Assembly (NCBI RefSeq): GCF_039541115.1
Contig: NZ_BAABFP010000002.1
Location: 496,001 to 560,000, forward strand
Source: Angustibacter luteus
GTDB lineage: Bacteria > Actinomycetota > Actinomycetes > Actinomycetales > Angustibacteraceae
Length of the DNA: 64,000 nucleotides
Direction: 5' to 3'
Part shown: positions 17,849 to 27,353 of the stretch, piece by piece
Numbering within the stretch: the stretch's first letter is position 1
Layout: each line of letters begins with the position of its first letter
The notes under the pieces: generated by a model
Database searches by the model: none
Seen by the model: only the letters and a program-made list of their open reading frames with translations
What the model was told of the DNA's origin: nothing
Program-made: the position numbers and the translations under genes

Positions 17849-20800
17849 TCAGCGGCAGATGTGCCCAGTGGTGCACCGCTGGACGACCTGGAAGGTCTGG
17901 GACGCGGTGCGGCCGACGAACTGACCCTTGACCGTGACGAACTTGGTCCCCCAGTACATGCCGACCCCGAACGTGCCTGTGTAGGTGCCGTGGCGGTCGG
18001 CGCGCGCGGCCTTGGGTGAGACCCGCTTGCCCTGGTAGGACACGGTCACCTTCTCGCCCGCGGCGAGGCCACGGACGGTGTAGCGCTGGGTGTCCGAGGC
18101 CCGGACGTCGTGGTGCGCCAAGGTCAGCCCGAGGCGTCGGGGCGTCACGACCCGAACGGTGACGGCGCCGGCACGGTCGGCCGTCGAACCGGTGACGGTC
18201 ACCATCGCGGCGCCCTGCTTGAGCCCAGTGGGGATCGTCACGGTCCGGTCGACCTGCCCGGCGCGAGTCGCGGTGCCGGTGGCGACGCGGGTGCCGGCGA
18301 TGCGAACGGTGTAGGTCTCACCGGAGTCGAGACCAGTTGCGGTGACCCGGATCCGGGTGCCGACCAGGTGCAGTCCCTTGCTGGCTGTGACCTTGAGGAC
18401 CGTGGCGGGACGGGTGACCTGGACGGTGACCTGCGCGGTGGTGGTGCCGTTGTCGTTGCCCGCGCGCAGCACGTACGTCGTGGCGCCCAGCGCGGTGGGC
18501 TTGACGGTGGCCGAACCGGCGGCCGACTTCCTGCCGGTCCAGCCGCCGTTGGCAGTGAGCCGAGTGGCCTCGGCGGAGGTCCAGGTCAGTCGTGCGGACT
18601 GCCCGCGCCGCAGCTTCGCCCGGTCCACCCCGAGGTGCACGGTCGGGGCGAGGTTCGTCGCCACCTGGCTGGTCGGCGCGGACGTGTTCGATGCGGCGGT
18701 GTAGCCGGCGCGCACCGCGGTGACCTTGACGCTGACCCGGGCGTGCGTCTGCGCCGACGTCAGGGCGTAGGTGGCGTGGTCGGCGCCGCTGATCGGCGTG
18801 CCGTCCGCGTACCACTGGTACTGGTAGCCGTCCGGAGTCGGCGTCGGGCTCCCCGCGGCGGCCGTGAGGGTCTGGCCGACCTTCACGGTGCCGGAGATGC
18901 CGGCGGTCGGACCGGTGGCGAAGTGCGCCTTCACGACCGCAGCGGTGCTGGCGGTGCTGGTGGCGTCGTCCAGGAACGCCTTGCCGGCGGTGACGGTGAC
19001 CGTCAGCGGCTGTCCGACATCGGACGGGGTCGGCGTATAGCTGACACCGGTGCCGACGACGGATCCGTTGCGGGACCAGGAGAAGTCGACGCTGGCGTCC
19101 GCGGGGTCCAATCCCGCTGGCAGGGAGGCGGACAACGTCCCGTCCACCACCGGCGTGCCGGCGACGGTGCCGCCGATGACCGGCGCGGGCACCGCGATGC
19201 TGCCACCGCTCACGGGGGACGTCGGGTCGGACAGGCTGACGGAGTCGACGTAGTCGGTCTTGGTCGCGGTGACCTCGACGGAGATGGCCTTCCCGCCCTC
19301 GCGGACCGTGGGCGTGAACGTGCTCGTGGTGGCGCCGGCGACCTGCTGGCCGTCGGCGAACCAGCGGTAGGAGTACGAGTCGGCGGCCGGGACGGTGTCG
19401 CCGGTGCTGGCGGTCAACGGCTGGCCGACCCGCGGTGTCCCGGTGATCGTGGCCAGCGCACCGCTGGTGAAGTCGGCGGACAGGACGTGCAGCTGCACGG
19501 CGGCAGTCGCGTCCTCCCAGTTACCGGACGAGCCACCGACGGCCGACCACTGAGCGTGCAGGGTGTGGTCGCCGACGTGCAGGAAGGCGCCGAGGGCCGG
19601 CGTCCCGTCGTCCAGGGTGTAGTCGATCTGACCGGTCGGGTCGCCCGCGGCGGCGACGGCGGCCGCATCCAGCTGCGCGCCCGTCAGAACGGTGCCGTAG
19701 CTGATGGTTGCCGGCGCGGCCCACTGCAGGTCCACCGTGCCCTTCGCGGTGCTGAAGGTGCGGGTCACCGCCTCGGTGGGCAGGTAGTTGGCCGTGTCGG
19801 CCTTGGCGACCGTGATCGTGCAGTCCCCGGCAGCGACGATCGTGACCTGAAGGTCGTCGACCGTGCAGGCGCCGTCCGCCGTGGTGGTGACGGCGCCGGG
19901 GCCGTCGCCGGCGACGACCAGGCCGAAGGGCTCGTCACCGAACACGTGGTCGGCAACCGGGCCGACGGTGAGCGTCTGCTCGGCCTGGCCGACCGTCAGT
20001 GAGCGGCTGGTGGTCGCGGTGGTGTAGTCGTCGAGGTCGGCCGGGATGAAGATCACCTGGAGCACCTGCCCGCTGCCCGCGTCGGGGACCGTGGCGCCGG
20101 TGACCGGCTGGGAGTTCAGGACGTAGGAGTACGTTCCCGCCACGGGGGTGGAGGCGTCGAGCAGGTCCGCGAGCGTTGTGCCGTAGGTGATCTGCGACGG
20201 CGGAGCCCAGCTCAGCGCCGGGGTGGCCCGGGCGATGGTGACCGAGCGCTGCACCTGCGGGGCGGCCGTGTAGCCGGTCGCGGCGGCCTGGTCCGCGAGC
20301 AGCACGCACGCCCCGGCCCCGGTGACGGTGACCTCGGCTGTGGCAGACGTCCCGGAGCTGCTCGGCGCGACCGTGCACTCGCTGCCAGGGGCGGTCGTGA
20401 TGGTCACCGGTCCCCCGCCGGACGTACCGGTGGCAGTCACCGCGAAGGCCGGGTCGCCTACCGTCGCCGTCGTCGGGACCGTGTCGAATCCGACCGACTG
20501 GGCGTTGGCGATCACGTCGATGCTGCGGGCGATGCTGACCGAGGTGTACGAGCTGGCTGCCGCACCGGTCGGACTGTAGGTCGCGGTGATGGCCTGTCCG
20601 TTGCCCGGGTCCAGGACCGTGGAGCCGTCCACGGGCGTGCCGTTCACGGCGTAGCTGATCGGCCCGGTCGCGTCCGGTGGCACCATGGCAGCAGTCAGCA
20701 GCGAGGCGAGCGGCTGGCCGTAGCTGATCTGGCCGGGTGGTGACCAGCTGATGCTCGGGGTGCCCTTGGCCACCGTGATCGGGACCGACTGGGTGGTCGT

Positions 20801-21445
20801 GCGCCCGCCGGGGTTGGTCGCCGAGCAGCTGCCGGTCGTGGTCCCCACCGGCAGGACGGTGCCGGCCGACGGGGTGCACGTCGCGGAGTAGGCGCCGTAC
20901 ACCGCATCGCTGCCGTACACGTTCCAGGGCGGGACCGCTGCACCGCTGGCGCTGGTGGCGGTCAGCGCCAGGGACGATGGCACGTTGTTCAGGGTCGGGG
21001 ACACCGCGTTCACGCTGATGTTCCACGACATGGTCATCTGGCCGCCGGTGCTCAGGTTGAATCCCACGACGACGGTGTAGGTCGGGCTGGTCGTGACGAT
21101 CCGGTTGGTGTAGTTGCAGTTGCCGGTGGTGAAGTTCCCGCCGAACGTGTTCGTGTAGTTCGGGGCGTCGGGGAAGTTCGCGAAGCAGCCGGTGATGCGT
21201 GCCCCGAGGAACGTGTTCGCGGTGCCGGACCAGGCGAACGAGATCGGCTGGCCCAGGGTCACGCTGGCGGGAGGAGCCGTCGTCCACGCGATCGTCTGGA
21301 TCGCAAACGCCGGCGCCGCCGGCAGCCCGACCAGCAGGGCCGCGGCGATCGCGCCCGCCAGGCTCGCCCGGCGACCGCGACCAGCCCAGCGGGTGCGTCG
21401 AGCAGGGGCAGCGGACCGGTTGCGGCGCCAGGCGGACCAGGACAT
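17849..21445 (-). CDS. Large secreted Ig-like repeat protein (putative adhesin/surface protein)
   Basis: Signal peptide ending APAFA after GAGAGG SD; Thr/Ala/Val-rich beta repeats; three W..P..I.YG..L repeats; repeated I.GT..VGQ.LTA...Y.W.ADG modules. Confidence 0.85.
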   Translation of the reverse strand: MSWSAWRRNRSAAPARRTRWAGRGRRASLAGAIAAALLVGLPAAPAFAIQTIAWTTAPPASVTLGQPISFAWSGTANTFLGARITGCFANFPDAPNYTNTFGGNFTTGNCNYTNRIVTTSPTYTVVVGFNLSTGGQMTMSWNISVNAVSPTLNNVPSSLALTATSASGAAVPPWNVYGSDAVYGAYSATCTPSAGTVLPVGTTTGSCSATNPGGRTTTQSVPITVAKGTPSISWSPPGQISYGQPLASLLTAAMVPPDATGPISYAVNGTPVDGSTVLDPGNGQAITATYSPTGAAASSYTSVSIARSIDVIANAQSVGFDTVPTTATVGDPAFAVTATGTSGGGPVTITTAPGSECTVAPSSSGTSATAEVTVTGAGACVLLADQAAATGYTAAPQVQRSVTIARATPALSWAPPSQITYGTTLADLLDASTPVAGTYSYVLNSQPVTGATVPDAGSGQVLQVIFIPADLDDYTTATTSRSLTVGQAEQTLTVGPVADHVFGDEPFGLVVAGDGPGAVTTTADGACTVDDLQVTIVAAGDCTITVAKADTANYLPTEAVTRTFSTAKGTVDLQWAAPATISYGTVLTGAQLDAAAVAAAGDPTGQIDYTLDDGTPALGAFLHVGDHTLHAQWSAVGGSSGNWEDATAAVQLHVLSADFTSGALATITGTPRVGQPLTASTGDTVPAADSYSYRWFADGQQVAGATTSTFTPTVREGGKAISVEVTATKTDYVDSVSLSDPTSPVSGGSIAVPAPVIGGTVAGTPVVDGTLSASLPAGLDPADASVDFSWSRNGSVVGTGVSYTPTPSDVGQPLTVTVTAGKAFLDDATSTASTAAVVKAHFATGPTAGISGTVKVGQTLTAAAGSPTPTPDGYQYQWYADGTPISGADHATYALTSAQTHARVSVKVTAVRAGYTAASNTSAPTSQVATNLAPTVHLGVDRAKLRRGQSARLTWTSAEATRLTANGGWTGRKSAAGSATVKPTALGATTYVLRAGNDNGTTTAQVTVQVTRPATVLKVTASKGLHLVGTRIRVTATGLDSGETYTVRIAGTRVATGTATRAGQVDRTVTIPTGLKQGAAMVTVTGSTADRAGAVTVRVVTPRRLGLTLAHHDVRASDTQRYTVRGLAAGEKVTVSYQGKRVSPKAARADRHGTYTGTFGVGMYWGTKFVTVKGQFVGRTASQTFQVVQRCTTGHICR

Positions 21446-21795
21446 GAGGTTCCTCTCTCGGCCAGGTCGTCACCGCCCTGGTCCTGCTCCGCGCCTGCCA
21501 GCTGACAGCGTCGGGTTCACGGATCGTCGGTCTCGGTCTCTGACCGGCTCCGGTCAGGGTTCGAGCCATCACGGCGCCACCCCTGGGCGAGTGCAGATCC
21601 CCAGCGGTCGCACGGTGACGTAGAGCGAGGTCGGCCCGCCACTCAGTCGCCCCATCGGTCGATGGGTCCCCCCGTTGCAGCGTTGCCTGAACCTCGTCGG
21701 CATCACGCACGGTGAACCTGAGCGCCCAGGACTGGTGCATTCGGGTGAAGCCCCAACCGGGCTCCCTCACCCCCGGGGGGCGCGTCGATGCGAGG

Positions 21796-24165
21796 TCAGC
21801 GGCGACCTGTCCGGCCGAGACGGGTCCAGGTCTCGACGACGGTGTCGGGGTTCAGCGACATCGTGTCGATGCCCTGCTCGAGGAGCCACTCGGCGAGGTC
21901 AGGGTGGTCGCTCGGACCTTGCCCGCAGATGCCGATGTACTTCCCACGGGCCTTGCAGGCGGCGATCGCCAGGCTGAGCAGCTCCTTGACGGCCGGGTCT
22001 CGCTCGTCGAAACCTGCTGCCACCAGCGCGGAGTCGCGGTCCAGCCCGAGGGTCAGCTGGGTCAGGTCGTTGGAGCCGATCGAGAACCCGTCGAAGTGGT
22101 CGAGGAACTGGTCGGCGATGACCGCGTTGGACGGGACCTCGCACATCATGATCACCTGCAACCCGTTCTCTCCGCGCCGAAGCCCGTAGTCGGCGAGCAG
22201 GTCGATGACCCCGCGTGCCTCCGTGAGCGTCCGCACGAACGGGATCATCACCTTGACGTTGGTCAGGCCCATCTCGTCGCGGACGAACGTCAGCGCCTCG
22301 CACTCCATCGCGAAGCACTCGCGGAACTCCTGCGACAGGTAGCGGGAGGCGCCGCGGTACCCGATCATCGGGTTCTCCTCGTGCGGCTCGTACAGGTCGC
22401 CGCCGATCAGGTTGGCGTACTCGTTGGACTTGAAGTCCGACATGCGCACGATCACCGGCTTGGGCGCGAACGCGGCCGCGATGGTCGCGACCCCCTCGGC
22501 CACCCGCTGCACGAAGTACTCCCGCGGCGAGGCGTACGGCGCCACCGCGGCCTCGACCTGCTCGCGGACCGTCCCGGTGAGGCGGTCGAGCTCGAGCAGG
22601 GCCTTGGGGTGGATGCCGATCTGCCGGTTGATGATGAACTCCAGCCGGGCCAGACCGACGCCCTCGTTCGGCAGGCGCGAGAAGGCGAACGCCTGGTCCG
22701 GCGTGCCGACGTTCATCATGATCCCGACCGGGATCTCCGGCATCGCCTGCATGTCGGTCTCCTCGACGGCGAAGTCGAGCAGCCCGGCGTACACGAAGCC
22801 GGTGTCCCCCTCGGCGCACGAGACCGTGACCTCACGCCCGTCGACCAGCTCGGCCGTGGCGTTGCCGGCGCCGACCACCGCGGGGATGCCGAGCTCGCGC
22901 GCGATGATCGCCGCGTGGCAGGTGCGGCCGCCCCGGTTGGTCACGATCGCACTGGCCCGCTTCATGATCGGCTCCCAGTCCGGGTCGGTCATGTCGGCCA
23001 CCAGGACGTCGCCGCGCTGGAAGTCGCGCATCTGGTCGGCCGAGGCCAGGACCCGCACCGGCCCTGCACCGATCTTCTGCCCGATGGCCCGGCCCTCGAC
23101 CAGCAGCGGCCCACGCTCGCTGATCCGGTACCGGGAGATGGTGGTCGCGGACTGGCGCGACTGGACCGTCTCGGGCCGGGCCTGCAGCACGTACAGCTTG
23201 CCGTCCAGGCCGTCCTTGCCCCACTCGATGTCCATCGGACGGCCGTAGTGGTCCTCGATGACCAGGGCGTGCCGAGCCAGCTCCTCGACCTCGGCATCGG
23301 TCAGGCTCAACAGGTGCTGCTCGGCCAGGTCGACGTCCACGAACTCGGTCGTTCGCCCGACGGCCGCATCGGTCGTGTAGACCATCTTGGTCGCCTTGCC
23401 ACCGACCGCCCGTTTCAGGATCGCCGGCCGGCCGGCCCGCAACCCTGGCTTGTAGACGTAGTACTCGTCCGGGTTCACCGCTCCTTGCACGACGGCCTCC
23501 CCCAGTCCGTAGGAAGACGTGATGAACACGGCGTCGTCGAAACCGGACTCGGTGTCCATCGTGAACATCACCCCGGACGCACCGACGTCCGAGCGCACCA
23601 TGCGCTGCACCCCCGCCGACAGTGCGACCGTCTCGTGCTCGAAACCGTGGTGCACCCGGTAGGCAATCGCTCGGTCGTTGTACAGGGAGGCGAACACCTC
23701 CCGGACCGCGACCAGCACCGCCTCGATCCCCCGGATGTTCAGGAACGTCTCCTGCTGGCCGGCGAACGAGGCATCCGGCAGGTCCTCGGCCGTGGCACTG
23801 GACCGGACCGCGAACGAGGCCTCCGGGTTGCCGGCGACCAGCTCGTCGTACGCCGCACGGATGTCGGCCTCCACGTCGGCCGGCAGCGGTTGCGCCACGA
23901 TCGCCGTCCGCACCCGCTGACCGACCTCGGCCAGCTGGACGACGTTCTCCGTGTCCAACCCCGACATCGCCGTCACGATCGTCGACGACAGCCCCTCCTG
24001 GGCGATGAACCGCCGGTAGGCGTCCGCGGTGGTCGCGAAGCCGTCCGGCACCCGGACGCCTGCCGTGGCCAGGTTCGCGACCATCTCGCCCAGCGACGCG
24101 TTCTTGCCGCCGACCTGGTCCAGGTCGGCCATGCCCAGGCTCGAGAACCACAGCACGTTGGTCAT
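21796..24165 (-). CDS. ppsA: Phosphoenolpyruvate synthase
   Basis: [33 protein letters not shown], phospho-His motif [37 protein letters not shown]. Confidence 0.97.
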   Translation of the reverse strand: MTNVLWFSSLGMADLDQVGGKNASLGEMVANLATAGVRVPDGFATTADAYRRFIAQEGLSSTIVTAMSGLDTENVVQLAEVGQRVRTAIVAQPLPADVEADIRAAYDELVAGNPEASFAVRSSATAEDLPDASFAGQQETFLNIRGIEAVLVAVREVFASLYNDRAIAYRVHHGFEHETVALSAGVQRMVRSDVGASGVMFTMDTESGFDDAVFITSSYGLGEAVVQGAVNPDEYYVYKPGLRAGRPAILKRAVGGKATKMVYTTDAAVGRTTEFVDVDLAEQHLLSLTDAEVEELARHALVIEDHYGRPMDIEWGKDGLDGKLYVLQARPETVQSRQSATTISRYRISERGPLLVEGRAIGQKIGAGPVRVLASADQMRDFQRGDVLVADMTDPDWEPIMKRASAIVTNRGGRTCHAAIIARELGIPAVVGAGNATAELVDGREVTVSCAEGDTGFVYAGLLDFAVEETDMQAMPEIPVGIMMNVGTPDQAFAFSRLPNEGVGLARLEFIINRQIGIHPKALLELDRLTGTVREQVEAAVAPYASPREYFVQRVAEGVATIAAAFAPKPVIVRMSDFKSNEYANLIGGDLYEPHEENPMIGYRGASRYLSQEFRECFAMECEALTFVRDEMGLTNVKVMIPFVRTLTEARGVIDLLADYGLRRGENGLQVIMMCEVPSNAVIADQFLDHFDGFSIGSNDLTQLTLGLDRDSALVAAGFDERDPAVKELLSLAIAACKARGKYIGICGQGPSDHPDLAEWLLEQGIDTMSLNPDTVVETWTRLGRTGRR

Positions 24166-24998
24166 GGACGACCTCTTTCCTTGGACGGTCGGGTACCGAG
24201 GGTCTGCAGGATCAACGTGGACATCTCCTCCACCGACCTCGTCGTGGAGTTGATGACCGGGATGCCGTGGGTCCGGTAGAGCGCGTCGGCCCGTCGCAGC
24301 TCCTTGGTGCACTGCTCCAGGGAGGCGTACGTCGAGTTGGGACGGCGCTGCTGACGCACCTCGCTCAGCCTGCCTGGCGTGGCGATCAGCCCGAAGCACC
24401 GCTCGCCCAGGTGGGCGATGGGGCGCGGCAGATCGGTGGTCTCCAGGTCGTCCTCGATCAACGGGTAGTTCGCCACGAACAACCCGTGCTGCAGCGCCAG
24501 GTACATCGTGGTCGGGGTCTTCCCGCATCGCGACGGCGCGACCAGGATCACGTCCGCCCGGTCCAGGGCCCGCAGGCTCTGCCCGTCGTCGTGCTCGATC
24601 GCGTACTCGATCGCCTGCATGCGCGAGTTGTAGCGCTGGATGTCACCGACGCCGTGCAGCCGAGCCGCGACCCGTGCGCCCGAGGCGCCGAGGATCGACT
24701 CCACCCGCTGCATGTGCAGCTCGAAGAAGTCGATGATCGGGCAGCGTGAGGTCAGCAGCACCTTGCGGATCTCGTCGGTCGCGGCGGTGGTGAAGGCCAG
24801 CGGGGTCACCGGACCGTCCATCGCCTCGTCCAGGATCGCGACGACTTTGCGCGCCTCCTCCTCGGTGGAGATGAAGGGGATGAGCCGGCGTTCGAACCGG
24901 AGGTCCGGGAACTGGATGAGCAGCGCATTACCCATCGTCTCGGCGCTGATGCCCGTGCTGTCGGAGAGGAAGAACACCGGGACGGGCTCGTCCTGCAT
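24162..24998 (-). CDS. ppsR: PEP synthase / pyruvate,water dikinase regulatory protein (DUF299)
   Basis: [36 protein letters not shown] overlap with ppsA. Confidence 0.95.
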   Translation of the reverse strand: MQDEPVPVFFLSDSTGISAETMGNALLIQFPDLRFERRLIPFISTEEEARKVVAILDEAMDGPVTPLAFTTAATDEIRKVLLTSRCPIIDFFELHMQRVESILGASGARVAARLHGVGDIQRYNSRMQAIEYAIEHDDGQSLRALDRADVILVAPSRCGKTPTTMYLALQHGLFVANYPLIEDDLETTDLPRPIAHLGERCFGLIATPGRLSEVRQQRRPNSTYASLEQCTKELRRADALYRTHGIPVINSTTRSVEEMSTLILQTLGTRPSKERGRP

Positions 24999-25114
24999 CG
25001 GGCCTCCTCTCCATCGAGTGCGTCGGACTCGCTTGCGCGGCCCGGCGCCTATCTTGGACGACCCGGGTCAACGGCGGTACTCAGGTCCGGATTTGAAGCG
25101 ACGACTCGCACGGA

Positions 25115-25564
25115 TCAGCGCCGTCGGTAGCGGCCGTCGAAGGCGGTCTCCCAGGTCGTCCCGTCGTCCGGTGAGACCTCCCAGAACTGACGGACCTGGT
25201 CACCGCCAGCCGACGGCGACCACGTGATCCGGTGCCGTTGCACGCCTGCGGCGGAGCCCGCCGGGCTGTCCCCTTCCAGCACCATGGCACCGTCCCGGAC
25301 GCCGCCGTCCAGCAGCAGCGTCGAGCCGGTGGAGTCCATCCAGGTCTGGTGCCAGGCACCTCGGTCGGCGTCCCAGGAGTTGAGGCTGATGCCCTCGACG
25401 CCGCTCGAACCCACCCACCGCTCGCACAGCACCTGCCCGTCGAACAGCGCGGTGACCTGGTTCGTGCCCACCTGTTCGCCGTCCGGATCGAAGACGTCCC
25501 ACTCGCCGACCCAGAACGAGAATTCGTGAGCGTGCCCCGCATCCGTCATCCGGTCAGCATGCAC
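25115..25564 (-). CDS. Conserved hypothetical beta-barrel protein (DUF1579-like)
   Basis: FSFWVGEWDV, G.SLN.W, WHQTWMDSTG, VRQFWEVSPDDG.TW...FDGRY; start uncertain (ATG 25549 alternative). Confidence 0.7.
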   Translation of the reverse strand: MHADRMTDAGHAHEFSFWVGEWDVFDPDGEQVGTNQVTALFDGQVLCERWVGSSGVEGISLNSWDADRGAWHQTWMDSTGSTLLLDGGVRDGAMVLEGDSPAGSAAGVQRHRITWSPSAGGDQVRQFWEVSPDDGTTWETAFDGRYRRR

Positions 25565-25668
25565 CTGTCCGCGTCCTGGGTGTGAGCGCTCTGGTGCTCA
25601 CCCCGTCGCCGTTCGCCGGGCGAGTGCTGAGGGGCAAGGCGCTTGCATGTCGACCGTGGTCAACCCCC

Positions 25669-26322
25669 TCAGGTCTCGGCGCGGAGAAAGGTGAGGACCG
25701 CGAGAACGCGGCGGTGATCGTCGTCCGTGTCGGGGAGATCGAGCTTGGCGAAGATGTTGGAGATGTGCTTTTCGACGGCGCCGAGGGTGACGACCATTTC
25801 CCTGGCTATGCCGGCGTTGGTGCGACCTTCGGCCATCAGTGCCAGCGTCTCGCGTTCGCGCGGCGTGAGCTGATCGAGCTTGTTGCTGACGGCGGATCGG
25901 GTGCGGACGAGCTCTGAGACGACCTCTCGGTCCAGGGCGGTGCCGCCGGCCGCGACGCGGTGCAGCGCATCAACGAAGTCGGCGATGTCGCTGACTCTCT
26001 CCTTGAGGAGGTAGCCGAGACCGGCGCCGGGCGAGTCGAGGAGTTCTGCGGTGTACACGGGCTCGACGTACTGCGACAGGATGAGTGTCGCCAGTGCGGG
26101 GTGCTTGGCTCTCGCCTCGATCGCCGCCCGGATGCCCTCGTCGGCGAAGGTGGGAGGTAACCGGACGTCGATGATCGCCAGGTCGGGGTCGTGCTCCGCG
26201 ACGATGCTGAGCAGACCAGGCCCGGTGTCGGTCGTCGCGACGACGTCGATGTTGACATCGTTGAGCAAGGCGACGAGCCCCTCGCGGAGCAGTGCGTGGT
26301 CTTCAGCGATCACGACGCGCAC
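25669..26322 (-). CDS. Response regulator, NarL/LuxR family
   Basis: IAED, DVRLPP, LSQY, GYLLKERV, LTPRE, HRRVLAVL. Confidence 0.95.
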   Translation of the reverse strand: MRVVIAEDHALLREGLVALLNDVNIDVVATTDTGPGLLSIVAEHDPDLAIIDVRLPPTFADEGIRAAIEARAKHPALATLILSQYVEPVYTAELLDSPGAGLGYLLKERVSDIADFVDALHRVAAGGTALDREVVSELVRTRSAVSNKLDQLTPRERETLALMAEGRTNAGIAREMVVTLGAVEKHISNIFAKLDLPDTDDDHRRVLAVLTFLRAET

Positions 26323-27353
26323 GGCACCTCCGCATGCACGTGGGTTGGGCCGCCGGCTGGCGAGGTGAGGACGAACGTGCCATCCAGCGCTTCGACACGC
26401 GCACGCAACCCTTGCACACCGGTGCCTGCCTGGTCGACGTTGCCGTGGCCGTCATCGGTGACGTCGACGCTGACGGCATCGGGGGTGAACGCGATGCGCA
26501 CGTGCACCGCCGCGCCAGGAGCGTGCTTGGTGGCGTTCGTCAGCGCCTCGGCGACCACGAAGTAGGCGGCGCCCTCGGCCGTGGGCGGCGGCCTGCGCCC
26601 GTCGTCGCCTCCGACCACCTCGAGGGTGGCGCGACCGCGCTGGGTCAGGGACTGAACAGCCGCGACCAGGCCCCGGTCGGCAAGCACTGGCGGTGCGATG
26701 CCCCGGGTGAGGTCTCGCAGCTCACGGATGGCCAGGTTGGCTTCCTCCCGGGCAGCGCGCACGAGCGCGGCCGCCTTGGGTTCGTGAGCGACCGCGGCCT
26801 CGGCCCGGCCAAGCTGCATGGTCAGCACGACGAGCCTGGCTTGCGCACCGTCGTGGAGGTCGCGTTCGATGCGGCGCAGCTCCGCGGCCTGCGCGTCGAC
26901 GGCCTGACGGCGCGTACGGCTGAGCGTGTCGACGCGCTCTTGCAGCGTGCGGGTCCCGAACGACGGCAGCTCGTCGCGCAGGTCGATGAGGGCATGCACC
27001 CCCAGCACCACGCCCAGTCCGATGACTGACCAGAGAACCCACGGGCCTTGGGCGCCGCTGAAGGCCCACACGAACACGAGGGCGGCAGACAGGGCGACGC
27101 TGACCTCGAGGTGCCGTCGCACCCGAGAACGCGGCGTGTTGGCCTTGCCGCGCAGGTTCTGTCGCCACAGGAGCGGCAGCAGGACCGTCGCGCACCCGAG
27201 GATCACCCAGCTGGGCCAGAAGTAGCCGCCCCCGGCCGCCGCCCAGGCGGCCGTGCAGGTCACCACGATGATGGCGCTGAGTGCGGTCACGAACGCCAGG
27301 GGCGAGGCGATGGGCCTAGCCGCCTCGCCTCCACGCGGGGTGGACCCCCTCAT
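26310..27353 (-). CDS. Sensor histidine kinase (HisKA_3) with two 2-TM sensor modules
   Basis: ELRRIERDLHDGAQARL, EALTNATKH, DDGHG, GTGVQGL; GYFWP.W TM motif. Confidence 0.92.
   Translation of the reverse strand: MRGSTPRGGEAARPIASPLAFVTALSAIIVVTCTAAWAAAGGGYFWPSWVILGCATVLLPLLWRQNLRGKANTPRSRVRRHLEVSVALSAALVFVWAFSGAQGPWVLWSVIGLGVVLGVHALIDLRDELPSFGTRTLQERVDTLSRTRRQAVDAQAAELRRIERDLHDGAQARLVVLTMQLGRAEAAVAHEPKAAALVRAAREEANLAIRELRDLTRGIAPPVLADRGLVAAVQSLTQRGRATLEVVGGDDGRRPPPTAEGAAYFVVAEALTNATKHAPGAAVHVRIAFTPDAVSVDVTDDGHGNVDQAGTGVQGLRARVEALDGTFVLTSPAGGPTHVHAEVPCAS

Noticed and set aside
21490..21605. Possible c-di-AMP (ydaO) riboswitch upstream of the surface protein (GAACCCGAC...CAGCT)
   Set aside because: Only a fragmentary resemblance; the GAATC, GGGGGAACC and CAGCTAAC core elements are missing
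25085..25105. GGATTTGAA matching the tRNA T-loop region, as a possible att remnant
   Set aside because: Only 9 identical bases, no acceptor-stem match and no integrase in the window
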